Source: a virus (taxonomy: Duplodnaviria > Caudoviricetes). From it: a stretch of 32,191 nucleotides of DNA. The notes below the pieces were generated by a model that did not search any database, had not been told where the DNA came from, and was given only the letters and a program-made list of their open reading frames with translations. The stretch covers positions 1-32,191 of IMG/VR virus record IMGVR_UViG_3300044646_000899; one strand, 5' to 3'. A program made the position numbers and the translations under genes. Position 1 is the first letter of the stretch; every line of letters starts with the position of its first letter. Positions 15,600 through 22,756 of this stretch are shown piece by piece.

Positions 15600-15929
15600 A
15601 TGCCACGCAAAACGTCCGTCATGTCGGTGCCGGACCACGACCCACTGCTGCAACACCGCTTGAGATTGAAGGCGGAGGAGCGAGAAGCACGAGCGCACGC
15701 CATCGCCGCGTCGCTTGACGAATGCCTGACCCTGCTGATGCTTGCCTTGACACAGGCAGCGGCGACGCCGAGAGGGATGCAGGCGCGGCGCGCCAACAGA
15801 CTGCTGAACAAGTTTCGTACGCTGCGCGACCGTGCGCTAGAAGGACACTCGCCGTGCAGCAAGCGAGCCGAATCAACACTGGAGAACTTGCATGAAGCAC
15901 TGGAATCTTTCGATCGACTGGTTCGATGA
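15600..15929 (+). CDS. Hypothetical protein
   Basis: 109-aa helical ORF in a tightly packed operon. Confidence 0.55.
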   Translation: MPRKTSVMSVPDHDPLLQHRLRLKAEEREARAHAIAASLDECLTLLMLALTQAAATPRGMQARRANRLLNKFRTLRDRALEGHSPCSKRAESTLENLHEALESFDRLVR

Positions 15930-16236
15930 TGGTAAAAAGGTATTGTCTGCTGTCACCTCGACCGAGGTCATGGACGGCGAGAAGGCGCTGGACTCGGTGA
16001 TGCTGCTCACGTCGGGCCTGTCTGCTATGTGCGACTTGGGGAATGACGTGCTGCGGAAGGACAACATGACGTGGGATCGGCGGGCCACCAGCATCATGCT
16101 GGTGGTTGGGTCCAAGCGCCGTTCAATCACCGTGGAACAAACAGCAGCAATGCAGGAACGTGAGGCCAACAAGTGCGCGAATCAAGTGATGGACTGGCTG
16201 ACCGGAGCCGAGACGACGGAACTCCTAGAAGCCTGA
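15892..16236 (+). CDS. Hypothetical protein
   Basis: 114-aa ORF, SD GGAGA, fills the operon. Confidence 0.6.
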   Translation: MKHWNLSIDWFDDGKKVLSAVTSTEVMDGEKALDSVMLLTSGLSAMCDLGNDVLRKDNMTWDRRATSIMLVVGSKRRSITVEQTAAMQEREANKCANQVMDWLTGAETTELLEA

Positions 16237-16592
16237 CCATTACGCTTCCGCCACCACAGATGCCCGGTGCCAACGCCCGCACGCACTGGCGCGTACGGCA
16301 CAAGGCTGCGCGACACGACCGCTACGTGGCGGCATCGCTCGCGCTGGTGGAGATGCGCAAGTGCGCATCGTGGAATCCGCTCCGGCAGGCGGTCGTGTCC
16401 GTCGTATGGCACGGGCGCGGTCGCCTGCCGGACGTAGACAACATCGGAGGCAAGACCAAGGGATACATTGATGGCCTCACCGATGCCAAGGTGTGGGCCG
16501 ACGATGCCGCCATCGTCAGCATCCGCTTCACCGTGGAGCGAATTCGGAAACCAGACCAGCCGCGAGTCGTGCTGAACATCGAAGGTGTGTGA
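16173..16592 (+). CDS. rusA: RusA-like Holliday junction resolvase
   Basis: ITLPPP..GANARTHW, LPDVDNI..K...DGL....VWADD. Start codon uncertain, possibly near 16233-16239. Confidence 0.8.
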   Translation: MRESSDGLADRSRDDGTPRSLTITLPPPQMPGANARTHWRVRHKAARHDRYVAASLALVEMRKCASWNPLRQAVVSVVWHGRGRLPDVDNIGGKTKGYIDGLTDAKVWADDAAIVSIRFTVERIRKPDQPRVVLNIEGV

Positions 16593-16593
16593 T

Positions 16594-16863
16594 ATGTGCG
16601 AGTTCCCCGACTATTCTGCTAGTTATGCACACAGGCTGGGGTGTAGGTGTGTTCGGTGCAACGGCTGGAACACAAAGAAGCAGGCGCGCCTGCTTCGCCG
16701 GACGCGTGCCTTGGTGACCGATGGACCGTTCTGCAATTTCCCCGATCTCTCGCCATGCACCGGGTACCAGTACGGGTGCAGGTGCGGACGCTGCATGGCA
16801 GCGAACCGCGTCCGGTGCCAGCGATGGACTACCAAGAAAAAGAAACAGCCCCGCGCCCAATAG
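16594..16863 (+). CDS. Small Cys-rich protein with a duplicated C-x-FPD...GCRC-xx-C zinc-binding repeat
   Basis: CEFPDYSASYAHRLGCRCVRC and CNFPDLSPCTGYQYGCRCGRC, followed by basic segments. Confidence 0.7.
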   Translation: MCEFPDYSASYAHRLGCRCVRCNGWNTKKQARLLRRTRALVTDGPFCNFPDLSPCTGYQYGCRCGRCMAANRVRCQRWTTKKKKQPRAQ

Positions 16864-16874
16864 GACGCGGGGCT
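16847..16874. terminator. Hairpin terminator between convergent transcription units
   Basis: AGCCCCGCG-CCCAATAGGA-CGCGGGGCT preceded by AAGAAAAAGAAAC (U-rich on the minus strand). Confidence 0.65.
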
Positions 16875-16878
16875 TGGA

Positions 16879-17232
16879 TCATTCCGCCAGCGTGAACGTC
16901 ACCGTCTCGCCAGCCACGAACATCCGGTGCGTGCGAAGCACTGGCACCTGCGGCGTCGGCGGCGGCATGAGTACCTCGGGTTGCGCGCACATGGCGGAAC
17001 CGTTCAGCGGGAGCCGCTCCAGCGTGAACGCTGGCGCTGGTCCGGCAATCGGATTCCATGGCGGGTTGACCCCGGGGAACTGCGACCAGCCGGAGCCAGC
17101 CCATGACCCGTTGCCAAGGCTGACCGCGTAGCCACCCCGCCACATCACCATGCCTTCACCGAACTGGAGGAAGACATCGGCGGCGACGGTCGGGGTCAAA
17201 CAAAGTGCGAGAAGGTTAGCGAAGATTCGCAT
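16879..17232 (-). CDS. Hypothetical secreted protein with an N-terminal signal peptide
   Basis: MRIFANLLALCLTPTVAA/DVF looks like a signal peptide. SD GGAGA. Confidence 0.6.
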   Translation of the reverse strand: MRIFANLLALCLTPTVAADVFLQFGEGMVMWRGGYAVSLGNGSWAGSGWSQFPGVNPPWNPIAGPAPAFTLERLPLNGSAMCAQPEVLMPPPTPQVPVLRTHRMFVAGETVTFTLAE

Positions 17233-17440
17233 TGGCTGGGTCTCCGGGCAGTGCCCGCATGTTGGTGGCAATCGAAACGGCGTGATGCAAGGCGGAGTGA
17301 AGAGATACCGTCACGCCCGGCGGCATTTCGGCCTGAAGGTTGGCGCGGTATGCGTCCAACAGATCGAACGTGATCGGCGGCACCGGAATCGTCTTGCGGT
17401 TCTTCCATGTGCTGTGTGGATTCGCGGCGGAATTTGTCAT
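17216..17440 (-). CDS. Small ribbon-helix-helix-like DNA-binding protein
   Basis: RKTIPV strand followed by two amphipathic helices. ATGA-coupled, SD GAGG. Confidence 0.5.
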   Translation of the reverse strand: MTNSAANPHSTWKNRKTIPVPPITFDLLDAYRANLQAEMPPGVTVSLHSALHHAVSIATNMRALPGDPANANLR

Positions 17441-17679
17441 CGAAATGAAACCTCGGTGTTGTGGTGTGCGGCGAGGAACTCGGACTCCGCAGCGTCGAAC
17501 GCATCGGCTGCGGTTGCCCACCCGGCCTCGTCATCCGGGTCGGCCATGCGAAGGTCTTCGGCGGCTCGCACAAGCGCATCGGAAACTTGGTCTCCAATTC
17601 GCTTGGCTAGTACCACGGGCGTGAGCGAGCGATCGATGCGCATCCAGTACGAGACGGTGCGGAGGTGGCGCGGAATCAC
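17437..17679 (-). CDS. Hypothetical protein with an acidic C-terminus (80 aa)
   Basis: GTG start overlaps the upstream TGA. Its stop overlaps the downstream ATG. Confidence 0.55.
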   Translation of the reverse strand: MIPRHLRTVSYWMRIDRSLTPVVLAKRIGDQVSDALVRAAEDLRMADPDDEAGWATAADAFDAAESEFLAAHHNTEVSFR

Positions 17680-18092
17680 TTGGCCACCCCCGTCACAATC
17701 CGCTCCCGATCCGTCATGCGCTCGACGCAGATGGATCCGCCATCGCTGTCGCGCAGCGCCTTGGCCACGTCGCGGCACCTGTCGCTAGTGCGGATGCCGT
17801 CATGCACCAGCAGGTACAGGCCCTCGCAGATGGACTCCGCCAGCAGGTCGGTGTCGTACTCGTCTGCTTCGTTCGCCACCATGTCACGCCACACGATGGC
17901 GGTGCGAGCGAGGCTGCGAGCGACCACGGCTCCGACGAACCCGAGGTCGTGGCTGTTCCAGTCGGCCTGCATCAGCAGGGTGTTGCGCTTGCGCCGCTTG
18001 TCGTGGACTGCGACGGTCCCATCGGCCATGATGTAGGCGACAATGTGGACATTCGTGTTCGCCTTCAGGGAAATCACGGTGCATTCGTACAT
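17676..18092 (-). CDS. Hypothetical protein (138 aa)
   Basis: Starts right after the conserved leader CGGAGACCTGAC-ATG. Confidence 0.7.
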   Translation of the reverse strand: MYECTVISLKANTNVHIVAYIMADGTVAVHDKRRKRNTLLMQADWNSHDLGFVGAVVARSLARTAIVWRDMVANEADEYDTDLLAESICEGLYLLVHDGIRTSDRCRDVAKALRDSDGGSICVERMTDRERIVTGVAK

Positions 18093-18179
18093 GTCAGGTC
18101 TCCGTAAGGGGTCAGGTGCTGGCCAACGTGGCAAGCCCAAGCCCCCCGGCGCGAACCGGGGGGCGAGGGCGAGTCACCA

Positions 18180-19193
18180 TCAGGCGAGCGCAGCAACCGC
18201 CTTCCACACCTCGGCGGTGTCATCCGCCACGGTGCCGCCCCAGTTGGCGAAGCGGCGGACGGTGGGGTCCTTGACCCGGACGCTGTAGTCCGAGCGGACG
18301 TGCTGGATCCAGTTGGTGGCGGCGTTGGCCGCGACCCATGCCGTCGCACCGAACTGCTGCGACTCGCGGTCGAACACCTGCGCCATGTGCGCGAGGCCAG
18401 CGATCGCCTGCTCGCGGCTGCGCTCCTCCCACCCGTTGGTGGGCTTGGCCGGGATCTCGCCGTCGAGGCGCTGGATCACCTCGACCCACAGGTCCTGCAC
18501 CTGTGTGCGCGTCATCTTGCGGGCGGCGAGCGCCGAAGCGAACTCGCGGCCCTTGGAGATCGACGCGAACCACGTGTTGATCGTGGTCTTCAGGTGTTCG
18601 ACGCGGTGGTTGATGCCGCTGGTGTGGCGGAACGAGATCACGTCGCGGGACTGCCCCATCGCAGCCCGGTAGGTGTTGGCGCACACGACGCGCACGTTGG
18701 TGCCGAACGCCTTGAGCGATTCGCCACCGTCGTGCCCGTTGGCGAGCATGAGGTAGGGGGTGGTCACGTCGCCCTTGCCACCGATCTCCACGCTGGGTGC
18801 CTGAATCAGGAACCACACGCGCTTGCCGCCCCGGATGGACCCGGCGGACTCGATCTTCACACCCTGCTCCGACGAGGCGTCGCGCAGGGCGTAGGCCAGT
18901 TCGGCCAGCGTCTGATTCTGCACCGGGGTGTAGTCGGGGCCGACCACGCCGAGGACCGAGTGGTCATCGGAGCGGACCAGCACCTTGGCGGTGTCGGTCG
19001 AGACGCGGTACTCCGACTGCTCGCCGGGGTTGAAGATCCCGGTCAGGCTGGCGGACTCCTCGACGGTCCACTCCAGCCGGGCGAGGCGGAGGGCGGCGAA
19101 GGGGTTGGGGGCGGACTCCACGACGGTGCCGAGGCCGTGCCAAGCGGCGTTGCGGGCGAGGACGAGGCCGTCGTTCTGCTGAATCTCGTGCAT
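18180..19193 (-). CDS. DUF932 / TIGR03299-family phage/plasmid protein
   Basis: AWHGLGTVV, LEWTV, VLGVVGPDYTPVQN, ESAGSIRGGKRVW, LANGHDG, TNVRVVCANT, FRHT, TAW.A.NA.T.W..H. Confidence 0.9.
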   Translation of the reverse strand: MHEIQQNDGLVLARNAAWHGLGTVVESAPNPFAALRLARLEWTVEESASLTGIFNPGEQSEYRVSTDTAKVLVRSDDHSVLGVVGPDYTPVQNQTLAELAYALRDASSEQGVKIESAGSIRGGKRVWFLIQAPSVEIGGKGDVTTPYLMLANGHDGGESLKAFGTNVRVVCANTYRAAMGQSRDVISFRHTSGINHRVEHLKTTINTWFASISKGREFASALAARKMTRTQVQDLWVEVIQRLDGEIPAKPTNGWEERSREQAIAGLAHMAQVFDRESQQFGATAWVAANAATNWIQHVRSDYSVRVKDPTVRRFANWGGTVADDTAEVWKAVAALA

Positions 19194-19250
19194 GGTCAGT
19201 ATCTCCGGTCAGGGGTCAGGTGTCCCAGTCACGCGACTGGAACATGGGTG

Positions 19251-19278
19251 AATGTACAGAGTATCGACTGGAAGTCAA
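19251..19278 (-). promoter_or_regulatory. Sigma70-like early promoter for the DUF932 unit
   Basis: TTGACT, 16 nt, TACATT. Near-identical architecture to 22140-22167. Confidence 0.65.
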
Positions 19279-19500
19279 CAGACAATCCAGTAAATTTGCA
19301 AGATGGTCGCAAGCGACTGCTGGTTCGCGACTTGCGACAGGGTCTTCGGAAGTTTGGGCAGGGCAAGTAGACTTGGGGTGCGGCGATGTGGGTCAAGGGT
19401 GCGCACCTGATTCCCACACGGGCCGGGGCAGAAGGCCGTCAGGCACGTCCCCCGGCAGGCCAACCGTTGGTGCAAGTGAACATGCCGCAGTCAAAGGGCA

Positions 19501-19524
19501 GAGGGGGGCGGAACCGCCCCCCTC
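19501..19524. terminator. Strong GC hairpin downstream of the 19550-19927 gene
   Basis: GAGGGGGGCG-GAAC-CGCCCCCCTC perfect inverted repeat. U tract is weak. Confidence 0.5.
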
Positions 19525-19549
19525 GCCCGAAGCAACACGATGGCCAGCC

Positions 19550-19927
19550 TCACGCGTCCGGATAGGTGGGTGGGAAGGCCACGTCGCAGATGATGCTGCC
19601 ACGCAGGGCCGTCGCGATCTCGTCAAACTTCCACGACTCCAAGATCGCGGCGAAACAGTCGCGCACGATTTCGCAGGCGAGGTCGCTGGAGTCAACACAG
19701 ATCGAAGAGATTCGCGATGCTGTGATCACCGCCAGCGCGGTGCTGCGCTCGCACGGGGTGTCGGACATGGACAGGGTCTGGCCGTTGACCTCGACGGTGA
19801 ACGGGTTGCCGTTGCCCGTCGTGATGAATACGGTGACCTTGGGCTGGCTGCGCGTCCCGGCGAACAGGGCGGACACGCGGATCCCAGTGTCGGTGGCGAA
19901 CTGGAGTGGAAAGTCGATATTTGACAT
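19550..19927 (-). CDS. Hypothetical protein (125 aa)
   Basis: Preceded by GAGGAGACCCTGACC-ATG. Confidence 0.7.
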   Translation of the reverse strand: MSNIDFPLQFATDTGIRVSALFAGTRSQPKVTVFITTGNGNPFTVEVNGQTLSMSDTPCERSTALAVITASRISSICVDSSDLACEIVRDCFAAILESWKFDEIATALRGSIICDVAFPPTYPDA

Positions 19928-19955
19928 GGTCAGGGTCTCCTCTGGTGGTGTGGTG

Positions 19956-20114
19956 TCAGTCGTGACGGGGGCAATCGGAATCGCCGCACAGCGACTCCCC
20001 GGGCTCGCAGTCGCGCCCGCAATGCGGGCACTCGTTGACGATCGTTCGCTCGGCCTCGGCCTGAAGGCGAACGGTGCGGATCACGGTGACGCGGTGCAGT
20101 CTGTTCGGTGTCAT
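19956..20114 (-). CDS. 52-aa zinc-ribbon-like protein (not in the supplied ORF track)
   Basis: MTPNRLHRVTVIRTVRLQAEAERTIVNECPHCGRDCEPGESLCGDSDCPRHD. Full conserved leader upstream. Confidence 0.7.
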   Translation of the reverse strand: MTPNRLHRVTVIRTVRLQAEAERTIVNECPHCGRDCEPGESLCGDSDCPRHD

Positions 20115-20211
20115 GGTCAGGGTCTCCGGTCAGGGGTTCAGGTGCTAGCCAACATGGCAAGCGCAGGGGCCACCTTGCGATGGCCCGAGCGCGAGTCACG
20201 CCGTCTCTGAA

Positions 20212-20661
20212 TCAGTTGTCACCGTAGTCGTCATTGAACTCCCCGCGCCACGCGGCGATGGCCTCGGCGCTACCGCCTGTCCACACGGTCGCGTACTCGC
20301 CGTTGCGAACGCGCTCCACCGCCGCCGCGTAACCCTCGCGCAGCCGCTCGACCATGGCGCGAGCGCATCCCATCGCCTCGCTCTTGGTGGGGAATGACCA
20401 GCAGTCTAAAGCGTCGCCGTAAGAGTCGATCTCGCGCACCTCGTACTGCACCTCGGCTCGGTACTTGCGGCGGTTGCTGGCCACATGCTCCCGCCGGAAC
20501 GCTACCTGCGCCCGTTCCAGCGCATCCCGTGCGGCGGACAGGGCTGCGGTCTCGGGAAGGGCCTCGATGGCCTTTCGCTGGGCCTCTGCGGCCAACGCCA
20601 TGGCGTTGACGGCGGCGGTGCGTTGCTCGCGCAGGCGGTCGAGTTTGGTCGGTTGTGGCAT
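20212..20661 (-). CDS. Hypothetical protein (149 aa) with an N-terminal coiled coil
   Basis: Leader CGGAGCATCTGACC-ATG. Confidence 0.7.
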   Translation of the reverse strand: MPQPTKLDRLREQRTAAVNAMALAAEAQRKAIEALPETAALSAARDALERAQVAFRREHVASNRRKYRAEVQYEVREIDSYGDALDCWSFPTKSEAMGCARAMVERLREGYAAAVERVRNGEYATVWTGGSAEAIAAWRGEFNDDYGDN

Positions 20662-20746
20662 GGTCAGATGCTCCGTATGGGTGAATGTGCGGGGCCAACG
20701 TGGCCGTCGCATCCGCCACCCCGTCGCCGGGGTGGGCGGTGCGCGG

Positions 20747-21133
20747 TCAGGTCATGGGCAGGGATGGGCGGACTTTGCATAGGGCCGCTTCAAGGGCGGC
20801 ATGCGTTGCGGAGCGGTGCATGCTCGCTCCGTCCAGCGCCACACGCATGAATTCAGGGAAGTCCTCGTCGCACCAAGGCACTGCGTTGTAGGCGCGGAGT
20901 GTGTGCGTGTGCCACGCCGACGCCCTGACGTAGGCGCTCGTTGCGGCTGCGACCTCTGTGTACAGGTCTCCGCGCACGTCGCCCAGCATGGCCATGCACC
21001 CAAGGGAGGCGCGGGCCGCATGCAGGGCATCGTCGGTGGTGGAACAGGACTCCGCGAGCAGTCCACACAAGGAGATGAACTGCTTCGCCCACGCGGGGGT
21101 ACGAGGCGGGGCGGGCTTGCGACTGGTCTTCAT
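20747..21133 (-). CDS. Hypothetical protein (128 aa)
   Basis: Full conserved leader upstream. Confidence 0.7.
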   Translation of the reverse strand: MKTSRKPAPPRTPAWAKQFISLCGLLAESCSTTDDALHAARASLGCMAMLGDVRGDLYTEVAAATSAYVRASAWHTHTLRAYNAVPWCDEDFPEFMRVALDGASMHRSATHAALEAALCKVRPSLPMT

Positions 21134-21224
21134 GGTCAGGTCTCCGGTCAGGGGTCAGGTCATGCGCGTCACGGTGACGCGCCCCTTCCCCCCCGTTGCC
21201 GGGGGGGGTGGGGCGTTGCACTGG

Positions 21225-21479
21225 TTAGGCGGTGGCGGGGACGAACACTACGGTACGGTCATCGGGGTCGGTGTCGAGCGTCGCTGATGCGCCGTCCGGC
21301 ATCGTCCACTGCCACGCCGCGCCCACCCGGCGAATGTCGGTGCCGCCCGCGAGGCGGACGAACACGTGGGCATCGGTGTAGGACGGGAACACAACGGCGT
21401 ATTCGCCATCGGTGCCGCTCGCCCACTGGCGGTAGATTTCAGGGGCGGTGCCGGGCTTGATTCGGATGCACTTGGTCAT
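21225..21479 (-). CDS. Hypothetical protein (84 aa)
   Basis: MTKCIRIKPG...; conserved leader directly upstream of this internal ATG of the 310-aa track ORF. Confidence 0.7.
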   Translation of the reverse strand: MTKCIRIKPGTAPEIYRQWASGTDGEYAVVFPSYTDAHVFVRLAGGTDIRRVGAAWQWTMPDGASATLDTDPDDRTVVFVPATA

Positions 21480-21562
21480 GGTCAGGTCTCCGGTCAGGGG
21501 TTGGAATCGCGTCCAATGACGCGCACTAGCCCCCCTCGCGGGGGGTAGGTGCGGGGCACGGG

Positions 21563-21973
21563 TCAGACGGACAGGGCAGGGAGCAGGGCGCGGATCCGCT
21601 CGCTGTGTTGCAGGGGGAAGGGTTCGCAGGGATCCATGGAGTGCTTGGCAGCAGTCCGGATCGAGTTCCGCATGGCGTTCAGGCGAAGATCCGGGCAGGC
21701 GTCCGGGTTCGTGCCGCTGAACAGACCGAACAGGTGTTCGCAGGAGACGCAGTCGGTCACGTCCTGCGAATCGATCTCCGCCGACTCGACGGCGCAGGCG
21801 ATCGACAGCGTCGCGGCGTAGGTCACGTCGGCGTACCTGCCGTTGACCTCCGTCGTGCGGCTGATCCGCAGGGTCACTTTGCGAACGTGCTTGCAATCGG
21901 GCAGGCGCAGTCGGGCGGACTGGATGGCGGTCTCGACGACGGTCGTCTTGCGGAGGAAAGCGGTCAGTTCCAT
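21563..21973 (-). CDS. Hypothetical protein (136 aa), first gene of the leftward early unit
   Basis: Leader CTGACCGGAGACCCTGACC-ATG. Confidence 0.7.
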   Translation of the reverse strand: MELTAFLRKTTVVETAIQSARLRLPDCKHVRKVTLRISRTTEVNGRYADVTYAATLSIACAVESAEIDSQDVTDCVSCEHLFGLFSGTNPDACPDLRLNAMRNSIRTAAKHSMDPCEPFPLQHSERIRALLPALSV

Positions 21974-22139
21974 GGTCAGGGTCTCCGGTCAGAGGCGAGC
22001 CTGCAACACGCGTCGCAGGCGAATGCCGCGCAGTCGGGTTTCCCCGGCTGGCGGCTGGTTGGTTCGCACTCCCTGTGTCCGCAGGCGTTCGGCCTGCTGG
22101 GGAGCGCGTCTTCACTTGCCAAAGATCACCGACACACAC

Positions 22140-22167
22140 ACTGTACAGGCTGGCCACAGGAAGTCAA
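22140..22167 (-). promoter_or_regulatory. Sigma70-like early promoter
   Basis: TTGACT, 16 nt, TACAGT. Shares CTGTTGACTTCC...CTGTACA with the promoter at 19251-19278. Confidence 0.65.
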
Positions 22168-22273
22168 CAGGCAAGAACGAGAAATCCAAGAAATTTCGCA
22201 GATTGTCAGAAAGCCCTATGGAAACACGGGTTGCGCGAGACTGCGAGCGCAGAACCCGGCACAATGCGCGGGA

Positions 22274-22756
22274 ATGAGCGAGGAACCGGACTGGCTGGAA
22301 GAGTTCGTGAAGAATTTCACGAAGTCTGGAGATCGCAAGGCAGCGTGGCTGCGAGCGTGGGCTGATGGCGCAGGCTGGCGGGGCGCTTGCGCTGCTGCTG
22401 GCGTGGCGGAAAGCACTCCCGTGGGCTGGGAGAAGGCGGACCCGGCCTTCGCGCAGGCGCGAGCGACCGCCGAGCGCGTGGTGGCCGAGCGGCACGAGGA
22501 GACGCTGGACGGCATTGCGTCCGGCGCGTCGCCGGGTTCGCAGGTGCAGTTGAACGCGCTGGCGCTCCGGCTGCGGGGCTTGAAGCCCGGGCGGTACCGG
22601 GACGGTGTGCAGAAGGTCGAGGTGTCCGGCGGGCTGCGCGTCGAGGACGGCAACGCCAGCAGGGCGCTGGAGATGCTGGAGAGGTTCGCTGCGGCTGCGA
22701 GACTTCGCGCCGAGCAGCAAAGTCCGCCAGCCCTGCCGGAGCCGGGCGATGGCTGA
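22274..22756 (+). CDS. terS: Terminase small subunit (HTH type)
   Basis: KAAWLRAW...GACAAAGVAESTPVGWEKADPAFAQA...LRGLKPGRYRD...KVEVSG. Directly upstream of and overlapping TerL. Confidence 0.75.
   Translation: MSEEPDWLEEFVKNFTKSGDRKAAWLRAWADGAGWRGACAAAGVAESTPVGWEKADPAFAQARATAERVVAERHEETLDGIASGASPGSQVQLNALALRLRGLKPGRYRDGVQKVEVSGGLRVEDGNASRALEMLERFAAAARLRAEQQSPPALPEPGDG

Larger units (their letters stand above)
18090..21995 (-). repeat. Dispersed start-associated repeat (A)CCTGACCCCTGACCGGAGA(C)CTGACC-ATG, 8 copies
   Basis: Copies directly before the ATGs at 18092, 19193, 19927 (partial), 20114, 20661 (partial), 21133, 21479 and 21973. Related GGAGACTGACCC-ATG on + at 13150 and 13972. Confidence 0.9.

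Noticed and set aside
17676-21973. Possible paralogy among early ORFs (e.g. ATALRGSIICD versus AKALRDSDGGSICVE)
   Set aside because: Similarity is too short to support without profile alignment.
18090-21995. CRISPR array or integron interpretation of the repeats
   Set aside because: The repeats are separated by whole genes of variable length, contain the SD, and lack attC RYYYAAC/GTTRRRY ends. No cas or integrase gene is present.
21605-22273. N-terminal 223 codons of the 383-aa track ORF upstream of terS
   Set aside because: They overlap a minus-strand gene and promoter. TerS-like sequence begins only at ATG 22274.
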